NCBI GenBank assembly: GCA_016926475.1
Contig: JAFGON010000073.1
Span: 9,942 to 73,941, forward strand
Direction of reading: 5' to 3'
DNA from: a candidate division WOR-3 bacterium
Lineage (GTDB): Bacteria; SDB-A
DNA: 64,000 bases
Every line of letters starts with the position of its first letter. The first letter of the stretch is position 1. Position numbers and translations under genes: made by a program. The notes beneath the pieces were generated by a model. It was given only the letters and a program-made list of their open reading frames with translations, had not been told where the DNA came from and made no database searches. This document shows positions 27,650-36,085 of this stretch, piece by piece.

Positions 27650-29637
27650 AAGACGTCCTCGCCGAAATTGAAAGTCTTAGAGATACTATAAGGAAAAGGG
27701 ATTACGAATACTACGTATTAGACAGCCCCACCATAACGGACGAGGCTTACGACAGGCTGTTTTCCAAGCTTAAAAAACTTGAAGAAGAAAACCCCGAATT
27801 CAAGACTCCTGATTCACCGACTCAGAGGGTCGGGGAAAAACCGTCCGGAAAATTTAACCAGGTCAAGCATAAAATTCCCATGCTCTCACTCGACAACACT
27901 TATACTTTCGAAGAAATTGAGGATTTCGACAAGAGAATAAAAGAGGCTTTATCCTCAAGATCGATACAATACGTAGTCGAGCCGAAAATTGACGGAGTCG
28001 CTGTTTCTGTAATTTACAAAAATGGAGTCTATAAAGCCGGAATCACGAGAGGAGACGGAAATGAAGGCGACGATATCACCGCCAACATAAAGACCATCAA
28101 ATCCCTGCCTCTCAAACTGATCTCTTCTGCCGATTTCCCGCAAATCCTCGAAATTAGAGGCGAAGTCTACATGAGAACCGAAATTCTCCTAAAACTCAAC
28201 AGAGAAAGAGAAGAAAGCGGACAAGAGCTTTTCGCCAACACGAGAAACGCCGCAGCGGGTTCTTTGAAAAACCTCGATCCTTCAGTCGTCTCTTCGCGCG
28301 AGCTCGACATCCTTTTTCACACTGTCGTGGGAGATAGCTGGGAAAAACATTCGGAAGCTGTCGCTAGGCTGCACGATTTCGGACTGCCAGTATTTTTCCC
28401 GTCGAAGGTTTTGAATGGAGTGGATGAAATTATTGAAGAGTGCAAATCATGGGAGAAAAAACGCGATGATCTACGTTTCGGAGTCGATGGCTTGGTTGTA
28501 AAAGTTGACGACATAAACCTCAGACGAATTCTCGGACAGACAATGCGATCCCCAAGGTGGGCTATAGCCTATAAATTTCCAACTGAAAGGGCTAAGACGA
28601 AGATCAACAAAATAGTCGTTCAAGTTGGAAGGACAGGTTTTTTGACCCCTGTGGCTCTCATGGTTCCTGTGAGATTAAAAGGGACCGTCATATCGCGCGC
28701 TTCACTATACAACGCCGACGAAATCGAGAGACTCGGAGTGAGAGTCGGAGACGAGGTTCTGATTGAAAAGGGGGGGGAAATTATCCCGAAAGTCGTGGAA
28801 GTGTTGAGCCATGAAGACAGATCAAAACCTTTTAAAATGCCCAAAAACTGTCCAGTCTGCGGAAGTGAAGTAGTCCACTACGAAGGGGAAACCGCATACA
28901 GGTGCATTTCCCCAGCCTGCCCGGCTCAGCTCAAAGCCAAAATTCTGCACTTTGTCTCAAGAGGAGCTATGGACATTGAGGGCATCGGAGAAAAATTTGC
29001 CGAAAAACTCGTTGAAAAAAGCCTTGTCCTGGATCCGGCTGACCTTTATTTCCTTAAAAAAGACGACATTTCGAATATCGAAAGGATGGGAGAAAAGTCG
29101 ACGGATAACATAATTCAATCGATTATAAAGAGTAAATCTGCTCCTTTTCACAAAGTAATCACCGCAATAGGAATACCCAACGTCGGAGTGAAAACGGCGA
29201 AGAATCTCGCCTTGCATTTTTCCTCAATCAGAGATTTGTCCAATGTTTCAACTGAAAAATTGGTTGAAATTCCTGACATAGGACCTATAGTCTCAAAAGC
29301 GATTGTCGATTTTTTCAAACTCAATACAACCAAAAAAATGATCGACAAACTCGAATTAGCCAATGTGAAATTGAAATCTGAAGGACAAATTTCTTCGGGC
29401 GGCATTCTCGGAGACAAAACATTCGTAATAACCGGCACATTGTCAAACCCTCGCGAATACATTAAAGAAATCATTGAAAATTCCGGAGGTAAAGTCACAT
29501 CTTCGCTGAGTCTGAAAACAGATTATCTATTATGCGGTGAATACCCGGGATCCAAACTAAAAAAAGCTAAGGAACTCGGTGTCAAAATAATCGGAGAAAA
29601 GGAATTTTTGGAACTTCTCAAAAGCCAGCCCTCGTGA
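27544..29637 (+). CDS. ligA: NAD-dependent DNA ligase
   Basis: YYVLDSPTITDEAYDRL (domain Ia), KIDGVAVS adenylation lysine, a four-Cys zinc finger, HhH region and BRCT tail. The start is uncertain: TTG 27544 has a GGGGA RBS. Other candidates are GTG 27472 and non-canonical ATT 27643 / CTG 27646. Confidence 0.9.
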   Translation: MRLRHGNNQKVHARFYRHQFSRGRKSYNRESSEILKDVLAEIESLRDTIRKRDYEYYVLDSPTITDEAYDRLFSKLKKLEEENPEFKTPDSPTQRVGEKPSGKFNQVKHKIPMLSLDNTYTFEEIEDFDKRIKEALSSRSIQYVVEPKIDGVAVSVIYKNGVYKAGITRGDGNEGDDITANIKTIKSLPLKLISSADFPQILEIRGEVYMRTEILLKLNREREESGQELFANTRNAAAGSLKNLDPSVVSSRELDILFHTVVGDSWEKHSEAVARLHDFGLPVFFPSKVLNGVDEIIEECKSWEKKRDDLRFGVDGLVVKVDDINLRRILGQTMRSPRWAIAYKFPTERAKTKINKIVVQVGRTGFLTPVALMVPVRLKGTVISRASLYNADEIERLGVRVGDEVLIEKGGEIIPKVVEVLSHEDRSKPFKMPKNCPVCGSEVVHYEGETAYRCISPACPAQLKAKILHFVSRGAMDIEGIGEKFAEKLVEKSLVLDPADLYFLKKDDISNIERMGEKSTDNIIQSIIKSKSAPFHKVITAIGIPNVGVKTAKNLALHFSSIRDLSNVSTEKLVEIPDIGPIVSKAIVDFFKLNTTKKMIDKLELANVKLKSEGQISSGGILGDKTFVITGTLSNPREYIKEIIENSGGKVTSSLSLKTDYLLCGEYPGSKLKKAKELGVKIIGEKEFLELLKSQPS

Positions 29638-29648
29638 AATAAACACAG

Positions 29649-30113
29649 TTACTGCATCAGTTTCGCGGGAACGCCTGCCACAACGGAATTTTCGGGGACG
29701 TCTTTGGTAACTACAGCTCCGGCTCCTATTACGGAGTTTGCGCCGATAGTGACTCCGCACAGGATCGTCGCCCCACTGCCCACCGAAACACCCTTGCGTA
29801 CGTATGTCCGGACACAAGACCAGTCATCCTCGGTTTTCAACGATCCGTCGTCGTTGACGGCTTTCGGATACTTGTCGTTGATGAAAGTCACTCCGTGACC
29901 TATGAAGCAGCAATCCTCAATTACAACACCTTCACATATAAAAGTGTGGCTGGATATTTTGCAGTTTTTACCCACCTTTGCATTTTTCTGTATTTCGACG
30001 AAAGCGCCAATTTTTGTTCCGTCTCCAATATCACATCCGTAAAGATTGACGAAATTGAATATTTTGACGTCTTTTCCAAGTTTTACATCTTCTGAAATCA
30101 CACAGTAATTCAT
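29649..30113 (-). CDS. Left-handed beta-helix (hexapeptide) N-acetyltransferase, sugar-nucleotide type
   Basis: 154 aa of hexapeptide repeats ending in GANSVIGAGAVVTKDVPENSVVAGVPAK. 4-nt overlap with the upstream formyltransferase. Confidence 0.8.
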   Translation of the reverse strand: MNYCVISEDVKLGKDVKIFNFVNLYGCDIGDGTKIGAFVEIQKNAKVGKNCKISSHTFICEGVVIEDCCFIGHGVTFINDKYPKAVNDDGSLKTEDDWSCVRTYVRKGVSVGSGATILCGVTIGANSVIGAGAVVTKDVPENSVVAGVPAKLMQ

Positions 30114-30763
30114 TTAGAATCTCCTTTGCCCAGAGAGATTTCTCTCGTGAAATCGCTTCTTTCTTCCAAAAAGCGTCTGTCATAAGCGCTGTGATAACCT
30201 GCTTTTCCCCCGTCTTGAACTACAGGTTCGATTAAATCAATTTTTTCTATCGTGTGAAGAAACAAAATCCAGGCATAATCAAGAGTCCTTCTGTACACGT
30301 CCCTGACTTCTTCAATTCGAGGAAATATCTTGAATTTAACCATGGATATAATAGGTCCGGTGTCAATTCCCTCGTCTACCAAATGTATTGTGGCACCGTG
30401 AAATTCTTCTTCGTTTTTCAGCGCCCAATTGATAGGATTCAGACCTCTGTATTCCGGAAGCAGACCGGGATGAATGTTTATCATCTTTTCAAATCTTTCG
30501 AGAAAATCCTTCTTGAAAATCCTGTCGTAAAAAATCGAAACACCCAAATCACACTTGCCCTGGAAATCGACATCACTGTATTCACCCGATTCAACAAGGG
30601 ATATGCCGCTTAAGCGGCAGAATTCGGATAGAGATTCCGTCCATTCTGGTTCCGGAATCACGGGCACGACGCACAAAAGGTCATATAAAGAGTTTTTCCT
30701 GAAATAATCCGCGATTTTCAGAGAGAGTGAACCCTTACCGAAAAGTATTACTCTTTTTTTCAT
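30110..30763 (-). CDS. Formyltransferase-domain protein (Fmt/ArnA N-domain-like)
   Basis: 217 aa with the HPGLLPEYRGLNPINWAL motif. The start overlaps the last 29 nt of the upstream STAND gene. Confidence 0.8.
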   Translation of the reverse strand: MKKRVILFGKGSLSLKIADYFRKNSLYDLLCVVPVIPEPEWTESLSEFCRLSGISLVESGEYSDVDFQGKCDLGVSIFYDRIFKKDFLERFEKMINIHPGLLPEYRGLNPINWALKNEEEFHGATIHLVDEGIDTGPIISMVKFKIFPRIEEVRDVYRRTLDYAWILFLHTIEKIDLIEPVVQDGGKAGYHSAYDRRFLEERSDFTREISLGKGDSK

Positions 30764-33700
30764 TTTTCAGTTGTTCAATACTGCTGATTATCGTTTTTTT
30801 CAACCTCTCATCCCTATGCTTCTCTGAGGATTTAAGTGATTTTTTAAAACTTGCAATAGCTTCGGCTTTCCCACCTTTAACCCTGTAAGCTTCGCCGATG
30901 TTGAATAGAATAACTGTTTCTTCAGCTGAATTCGAAGCCAAAGCGATAGACAGAGCTTCTTTGTAAAAAGAAAGCGCTTTCTCCAAATCGCTTTCAAAAA
31001 GAGCCCCCATGGTCGTAAGTGTCCGCATTAGACCTAACTTTGCTTCGGTTTTCCTGTAAAGGTCTATCGATTCAGAGAGCAAAGCCTCTGCTTTCTCCTT
31101 TTCTCCTATCTTCATCTGTATAGACCCCATGTTGTGAAGCGAGGAAGCTTGACCCGAAAGGTCTCCTATTTTCTTTTTTATGCCATAGGATTTTTTGAAA
31201 GAAGACAGAGATTTTTTTACAAGACCTCTGTTGAGGTAGTTTATTCCGAGATTGTTGTAAACACCGGCTTGAAGTCTTTTGTTTTTCCTGAATTCTTTGA
31301 TATTTTCGCATTTGATCAAACATTTTTCGGAATTTTCATAATCCCCAACTAGATTGAAGACTGCGGACATGTTCATCAATATTTTAATCTGCCCCAAAGC
31401 CAATGAATTTTTTGTCGCTATTTCAAGGGCTTCTTCGTATTTTTCGAGAGCTTCATTTAATTTGTTTTGATTTCTGAGAATCAGGCCTTGAAGGTTTTCC
31501 ATGTCGAGAAAAGTTTCTGTCGAGGATTTTTTGTTTATGATACCTGCGCTCCTCTTTAGAGTTTTCTCCGCTTTCAAGATATCGCCCATAGCCAATTCCA
31601 CTCCAGCCTTGTTGACGAGAATTATTGAAACCAGTTCCGAATTTTTGACCTTTTTGGCTGAGGCAAGTGCATTTTTAAGAGCTTTCAAAGCATGCGATTT
31701 TTCACCTTTCATTTCGAGTATCTTGGATAATTGAAGAGTCGTATGGGAGTACTGCTCTTCGTTCGATTTTTTTCTGTGAAACACCGCGATCTCCGAAAAA
31801 ATCTTTTTTGCCTCCTCAAGGGCGTATTTCTCGACGAGGTTTTCAGCGTGCACTTTAGCCCAATAAAGCCATTTATCCGTCAAACCGCACCTTTTAGCCT
31901 GCTCGTATATTCTCGCCGTTTCCGTTTCACGGTTCGCTTCCATTGCGGCAAGAGCTTTCCTGTGAAGCTCTTTGCGTTCTGATGGCATCAAGAGGTTGTA
32001 AGCAGCTTCTTGAAGCAGATTATGTGAAAAAGACAGGTAGTTGCCACCTTTTTCAACGAAGACATTTTTATCAATAGCTTCAATCAAATATTGATCTAAA
32101 TCCTGACTTTTCAACCCATCGAGTTTTTCGAGTATTCTTTTAAAAAAAGCATACCCCAGGACAGATGCTGTTTTTACTGTTTCTTTCGTGTAATTCTCGA
32201 GAGAGTCTATTCGCGAAGTCAAAACGCCGTAGATGGTCCTCGGGAGTTTTGTCTGTGGGATTTCCTTCTCTTTTACGTTTTCTTTCAATGAAATTGCAAG
32301 CTGTTCCGCGAAAAAAGGATTGCCCTGGGATTTTTGTATTAACGTTTTTGCAATCTCGGATTTTCCATACAAGCCATAGTGCCCGATTATCGTCTCAATA
32401 ATTTTTTTATTAAGCGATTTTAGGTCTATCTCCGCGTATTTGTTTTTGCATATCAAGTCCTTGACCCAATCAACTTTTCTCGAAACGAGAATTATGCCGA
32501 TTTTCATGTCTTTTTTAGCGCGGATGATTTTCTCGATGAATTTTCTCGACAATTCGTCTATAAACTGAAAATCATCGACAACCACTACGGCTTTTTTACC
32601 GGAAGATTTTTCTTCTATCAATCTTGTAAGGCAATAGATCTGTATCTGAAGCCTCCCAGCTTCATCGGTCTGTTCGTATAAGCTGTTGGAAATTTTATAT
32701 CCGCACATCGAAGCTATGAAGCTCGAATAAGGATTCAAATCTAAAAAATTTCCCTGAAGCTTGTTTTGTATGTCTTTGATTAAGCTCTTTCTTTTATCAT
32801 CGGTGATCCCCATGAACTCTTTAAGCCAAGGTTTAAAAGGATTCCAGGGTTCGCTAACAGTGCCATCGCATTTAAGTCTCGTGACATCATATCCAGCATC
32901 AAGGCTTTTCAAAAATTCTTCTACGAGTCTTGTCTTTCCGATACCTACTTCTCCGGTAATGAAAATCGGATTTTTCCCGTCTTTTCCCAAAACCGTTTCC
33001 AGTGATTTTGAAAGCTCGGATATGTCTTTTTTTCTTCCGGTAAACGGAGTGTGGTACCTTTGGTTCGAGAGCTTTTTCAATTCTCTTAGTGAAAACAACT
33101 TTTGAGGTCCTTTTTTCCCCTTCAGTGACTCAGTTTTCTTCAAGTCAAAAACAGCTATGTCAGTTGAGAAATTAACTAAATTAACAGACACAAGAACTTC
33201 TCCCTTGTCCGCGGTTGACATTATTCGAGCGGCTGTATTGACAGAGTCTCCAATCACCGTCCATTCGTTCCTGAAAACACAGCCTGTCAAACCAGCGTAA
33301 GCGAGCCCGTAATCGACTCCGATTTTGGCTTCAGGAAATTTCGATATCATCTCGATGCAAAATTTTAGGGAAAGCAGGTCGGCGTTCTCACGGGCTTTTG
33401 GAGCGCCGAAAACAACAAGGGCAGTAAGACCTTTGTCGTTGTACTCAATTTTGTTGAAATAGCCCCAATATTTTTTTGATAGTTCAAAACAGACTTTTGA
33501 AGCTATGTCGATTGACTTGTGTGAAGAGTCTTCTCCAAACTTCACAAAAACCGTCACAATCATCCTGATTTCGGATCTGAGAGAAGCAGCGAATATTTCC
33601 TCGGGGAAAAAATGTTTTTGAACTGTTTCAAGTTGTGTTCCATGATCTTCAAAAGTCAACATCTTTTGCGAATTTGAGCAATTTCCGATGGAGGGATTTT

Positions 33701-34163
33701 CGGCGGCAAAAGCTTTTCTCACCGCTTCACCGGAAAAATAATAAAATGATCTTTCAGCGTTTCCTGTTATCCCCCATTTTATTTCACCGTTAGAAAAACC
33801 GTATTTGAGAGTGAGCCCTCTGGCCGGACCGTTTTGAAATATCTTAGGCATTTTCTCAACAGTTTTACAAACAGACCTTCCTTTGTCCCCCGGAAATATT
33901 GCGAGAAAAGCATCTCCCGCGAATCCTGATACAAACCCGCCGTTTTCATACACAGCTCTCAGGGGCATGTCGAAAGCCGAGAATAATATACGGGAAATTT
34001 TTTCTGCTCCGGTGTCGGCCTTCTTGAAAAGGTTTTCAGTTTTACAAGTGAATCCGGAAACATCTACGAAAAGAGCCGAACCCCTGAATGATCCTTTTTT
34101 TTCATTCCGAACCTTTTTTCTAAAAATAAAATCCGGTATAAATGCGAGTATTTTTTCTTCCAT
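30735..34163 (-). CDS. Tandem class-III nucleotide cyclase domains + AAA/STAND ATPase + TPR array
   Basis: 1142 aa. Two cyclase-homology domains (FVDVSGFT/GDAFLAIF, then GDSVNTAARIMS). Walker A ITGEVGIGKTRLVEEF, then GNPFFAEQL, then a long C-terminal TPR region. Confidence 0.85.
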   Translation of the reverse strand: MEEKILAFIPDFIFRKKVRNEKKGSFRGSALFVDVSGFTCKTENLFKKADTGAEKISRILFSAFDMPLRAVYENGGFVSGFAGDAFLAIFPGDKGRSVCKTVEKMPKIFQNGPARGLTLKYGFSNGEIKWGITGNAERSFYYFSGEAVRKAFAAENPSIGNCSNSQKMLTFEDHGTQLETVQKHFFPEEIFAASLRSEIRMIVTVFVKFGEDSSHKSIDIASKVCFELSKKYWGYFNKIEYNDKGLTALVVFGAPKARENADLLSLKFCIEMISKFPEAKIGVDYGLAYAGLTGCVFRNEWTVIGDSVNTAARIMSTADKGEVLVSVNLVNFSTDIAVFDLKKTESLKGKKGPQKLFSLRELKKLSNQRYHTPFTGRKKDISELSKSLETVLGKDGKNPIFITGEVGIGKTRLVEEFLKSLDAGYDVTRLKCDGTVSEPWNPFKPWLKEFMGITDDKRKSLIKDIQNKLQGNFLDLNPYSSFIASMCGYKISNSLYEQTDEAGRLQIQIYCLTRLIEEKSSGKKAVVVVDDFQFIDELSRKFIEKIIRAKKDMKIGIILVSRKVDWVKDLICKNKYAEIDLKSLNKKIIETIIGHYGLYGKSEIAKTLIQKSQGNPFFAEQLAISLKENVKEKEIPQTKLPRTIYGVLTSRIDSLENYTKETVKTASVLGYAFFKRILEKLDGLKSQDLDQYLIEAIDKNVFVEKGGNYLSFSHNLLQEAAYNLLMPSERKELHRKALAAMEANRETETARIYEQAKRCGLTDKWLYWAKVHAENLVEKYALEEAKKIFSEIAVFHRKKSNEEQYSHTTLQLSKILEMKGEKSHALKALKNALASAKKVKNSELVSIILVNKAGVELAMGDILKAEKTLKRSAGIINKKSSTETFLDMENLQGLILRNQNKLNEALEKYEEALEIATKNSLALGQIKILMNMSAVFNLVGDYENSEKCLIKCENIKEFRKNKRLQAGVYNNLGINYLNRGLVKKSLSSFKKSYGIKKKIGDLSGQASSLHNMGSIQMKIGEKEKAEALLSESIDLYRKTEAKLGLMRTLTTMGALFESDLEKALSFYKEALSIALASNSAEETVILFNIGEAYRVKGGKAEAIASFKKSLKSSEKHRDERLKKTIISSIEQLKNEKKSNTFR

Positions 34164-34175
34164 AGGTAAAATGTA

Positions 34176-34184
34176 TGATATAAT
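34176..34184 (+). promoter_or_regulatory. Extended -10 element (TGATATAAT) upstream of the lipoprotein gene
   Basis: TGnTATAAT lies about 45 nt upstream of the GGAGG RBS and ATG 34233. I see no clear -35. Confidence 0.3.
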
Positions 34185-34232
34185 ATTTGCGGTTCATCGA
34201 GCAAACGATAAGATTTTATATCGGAGGTGAAT

Positions 34233-35096
34233 ATGAAGAAATATTGGGTCGTTTTTTTGGCAGCCATTTTAATCTCATGCTCCAGCAACTCTCCCGAAGA
34301 CCCAGGTTCACTCGATTTAAACGCCATCACCAATCTCATTAACGACGAATACGCCAACCTTCTTGGAGACCCTTCCCATTACGGTTCCGAAGACACCGTC
34401 TCAGGAAACAACAAAAGAGGCGATATACAACCTCTGTTTTGGTACAGGGACATACCCACTGAATTTGAAAAAGACTTGGACATCAGCATAGACAACGATA
34501 CTGCCGACGTATCCTTTATATACAATCAATCGGGAGAACTAAAAATCTTTTTTGCAGAAAGCCTCGGCGTTGATTCTGTCGTTAAGGTATATTCAGACAA
34601 TGTAATTCGCATCGCGAGGTTTATTAGAGTCGGCGGCGCGAACGATCCAAACCGTGGCTGGAAACTCAGGGGTATATCAATGCCCGTGATAAACTCTCAA
34701 AACACAGAAATAATGATAGACAGCGTTGTCATAGCTCTGCCAGACACTACTTATCACTTAACCCGTCACTACTTCGAAAGCCTTAATCAGATTTCTGACA
34801 GTTTTTACGAGCTCGTGAGAATAAGGCTGAACGACACCTTCACAACGACTGTATTTACGAGAGGAAATCAAGCATCGTTGTTTCTCCACATCACCTGGCC
34901 CGGCATGAAACATAGAGTGGCGCTGGGCGAAATTCAAACAGGAATCCACTCAAGAAATATAGCGCTCAGAGACACGAGCATGACTGAGATCGTCCATTTC
35001 ACTTTCGACGCTTTTGACAGAAGAACCCTTTTCACTGACGACTGGCAGTATTATTCAAAGGGATTTTCTCTACCAGTGAAAATAATCAATCAATAA
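34233..35096 (+). CDS. Putative lipoprotein, unknown function
   Basis: Signal peptide plus lipobox (AAILISCSS). GGAGG RBS. No recognisable domain. Confidence 0.6.
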   Translation: MKKYWVVFLAAILISCSSNSPEDPGSLDLNAITNLINDEYANLLGDPSHYGSEDTVSGNNKRGDIQPLFWYRDIPTEFEKDLDISIDNDTADVSFIYNQSGELKIFFAESLGVDSVVKVYSDNVIRIARFIRVGGANDPNRGWKLRGISMPVINSQNTEIMIDSVVIALPDTTYHLTRHYFESLNQISDSFYELVRIRLNDTFTTTVFTRGNQASLFLHITWPGMKHRVALGEIQTGIHSRNIALRDTSMTEIVHFTFDAFDRRTLFTDDWQYYSKGFSLPVKIINQ

Positions 35097-35356
35097 AAAA
35101 GCCGTGTCGGTTGGGTTTTATCCTCTTTTGATTTCAATATCGTGAAATCTAAAGTTGGTTTATAAGTACCATGAAAAAAAACAGTCCCGTGAAAAGTGTT
35201 ATTTCTAAGCGTCAAAAGTTTTAAGTAATATTCATAGTGTTTTATCGGATATCTGATCCATTATTTGTATCCAGTTTTCGAATTTCTGAGATGATTGACA
35301 TGAAAGCAAATGTACCGGAAATAACTTCGGGCGGAGATTCAGCTCTGTTCTCGATG

Positions 35357-35989
35357 TCATTCCCATTTCATATCGAGAATAAAAATTTTTGACATCAACC
35401 CTGATATTTCTTTAACAGAGTGCTCTTTGAAACAAAATTTCTCCCTGCAGAGTTCAACGACTTCTTCCGTTACAAGGACTTCTCCCGAGAAAGCAACCTC
35501 TTCTCCTAATTTACTTGACTTGTTGACAGCCGATCCATAGACGTCATAATCGCCTATTTTGAGTATTTTTCCCCAGCTTATCCCGACGCACAAAAGAATC
35601 TTTTCTTCACCGGTTTTTGCCCTGTTGTATTCTTTCAGATGCTCCTGCATCGCAAGTGAACATGACACCGCCTTTTCGACATTTCTGAATATCACGAGCA
35701 TGCTGTCACCTTCCATTTTAATCAAAATGCCGTCAAACTCTTCAATAATAGGCACGAGAATCCTTTCGGATTCATAAATTGTCTGCAGAAAATGAATTAT
35801 TCCAAACTTCTCCACTTTTCTCGAAAAACCGGTAAGGTCGGTGAACATTACCGCCCATTGTTCACCGAAAAGGTCCCAAATTTTTTCGTCAATCTTTTCC
35901 TTGTCTGCGCCAACTTCCAACCTTTTGGACAACAGTTTTGAAAGTCTCTCTTCTGAAGAAGAAAACCTTATGTTTCTCGAATAAATCAT
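35357..35989 (-). CDS. Stand-alone class-III adenylate/guanylate cyclase domain protein
   Basis: 210 aa. Contains FTDLTGFS, EGDSMLVIF and YGSAVNKSSKLGEE, so both metal Asp residues and the transition-state Asn are in one domain. Confidence 0.8.
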   Translation of the reverse strand: MIYSRNIRFSSSEERLSKLLSKRLEVGADKEKIDEKIWDLFGEQWAVMFTDLTGFSRKVEKFGIIHFLQTIYESERILVPIIEEFDGILIKMEGDSMLVIFRNVEKAVSCSLAMQEHLKEYNRAKTGEEKILLCVGISWGKILKIGDYDVYGSAVNKSSKLGEEVAFSGEVLVTEEVVELCREKFCFKEHSVKEISGLMSKIFILDMKWE

Positions 35990-36085
35990 AAAGACCTCCC
36001 CGCTCGATTCTATGATATGTCAAAAATCAATAACATCTGGTAAAATACCTTTTTAAGGATACGACAAACAGACCTCGGAGTGAAT

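Noticed and set aside
28770-28777. G8 homopolymer inside ligA as a phase-variation tract
   Set aside because: It is in frame (GAA AAG GGG GGG GAA = EKGGE) within an essential gene. It is more relevant as a potential sequencing-error hotspot than as a contingency locus.
35357-35989. The stand-alone cyclase as a Pycsar/CBASS-like antiphage cyclase
   Set aside because: Those systems place the cyclase directly beside an effector gene (cNMP-binding or SAVED domain plus TM, TIR or nuclease). Here the neighbours are a lipoprotein on the opposite strand and a GT39 glycosyltransferase. The only cNMP-binding protein is 23 kb away and has no effector domain.
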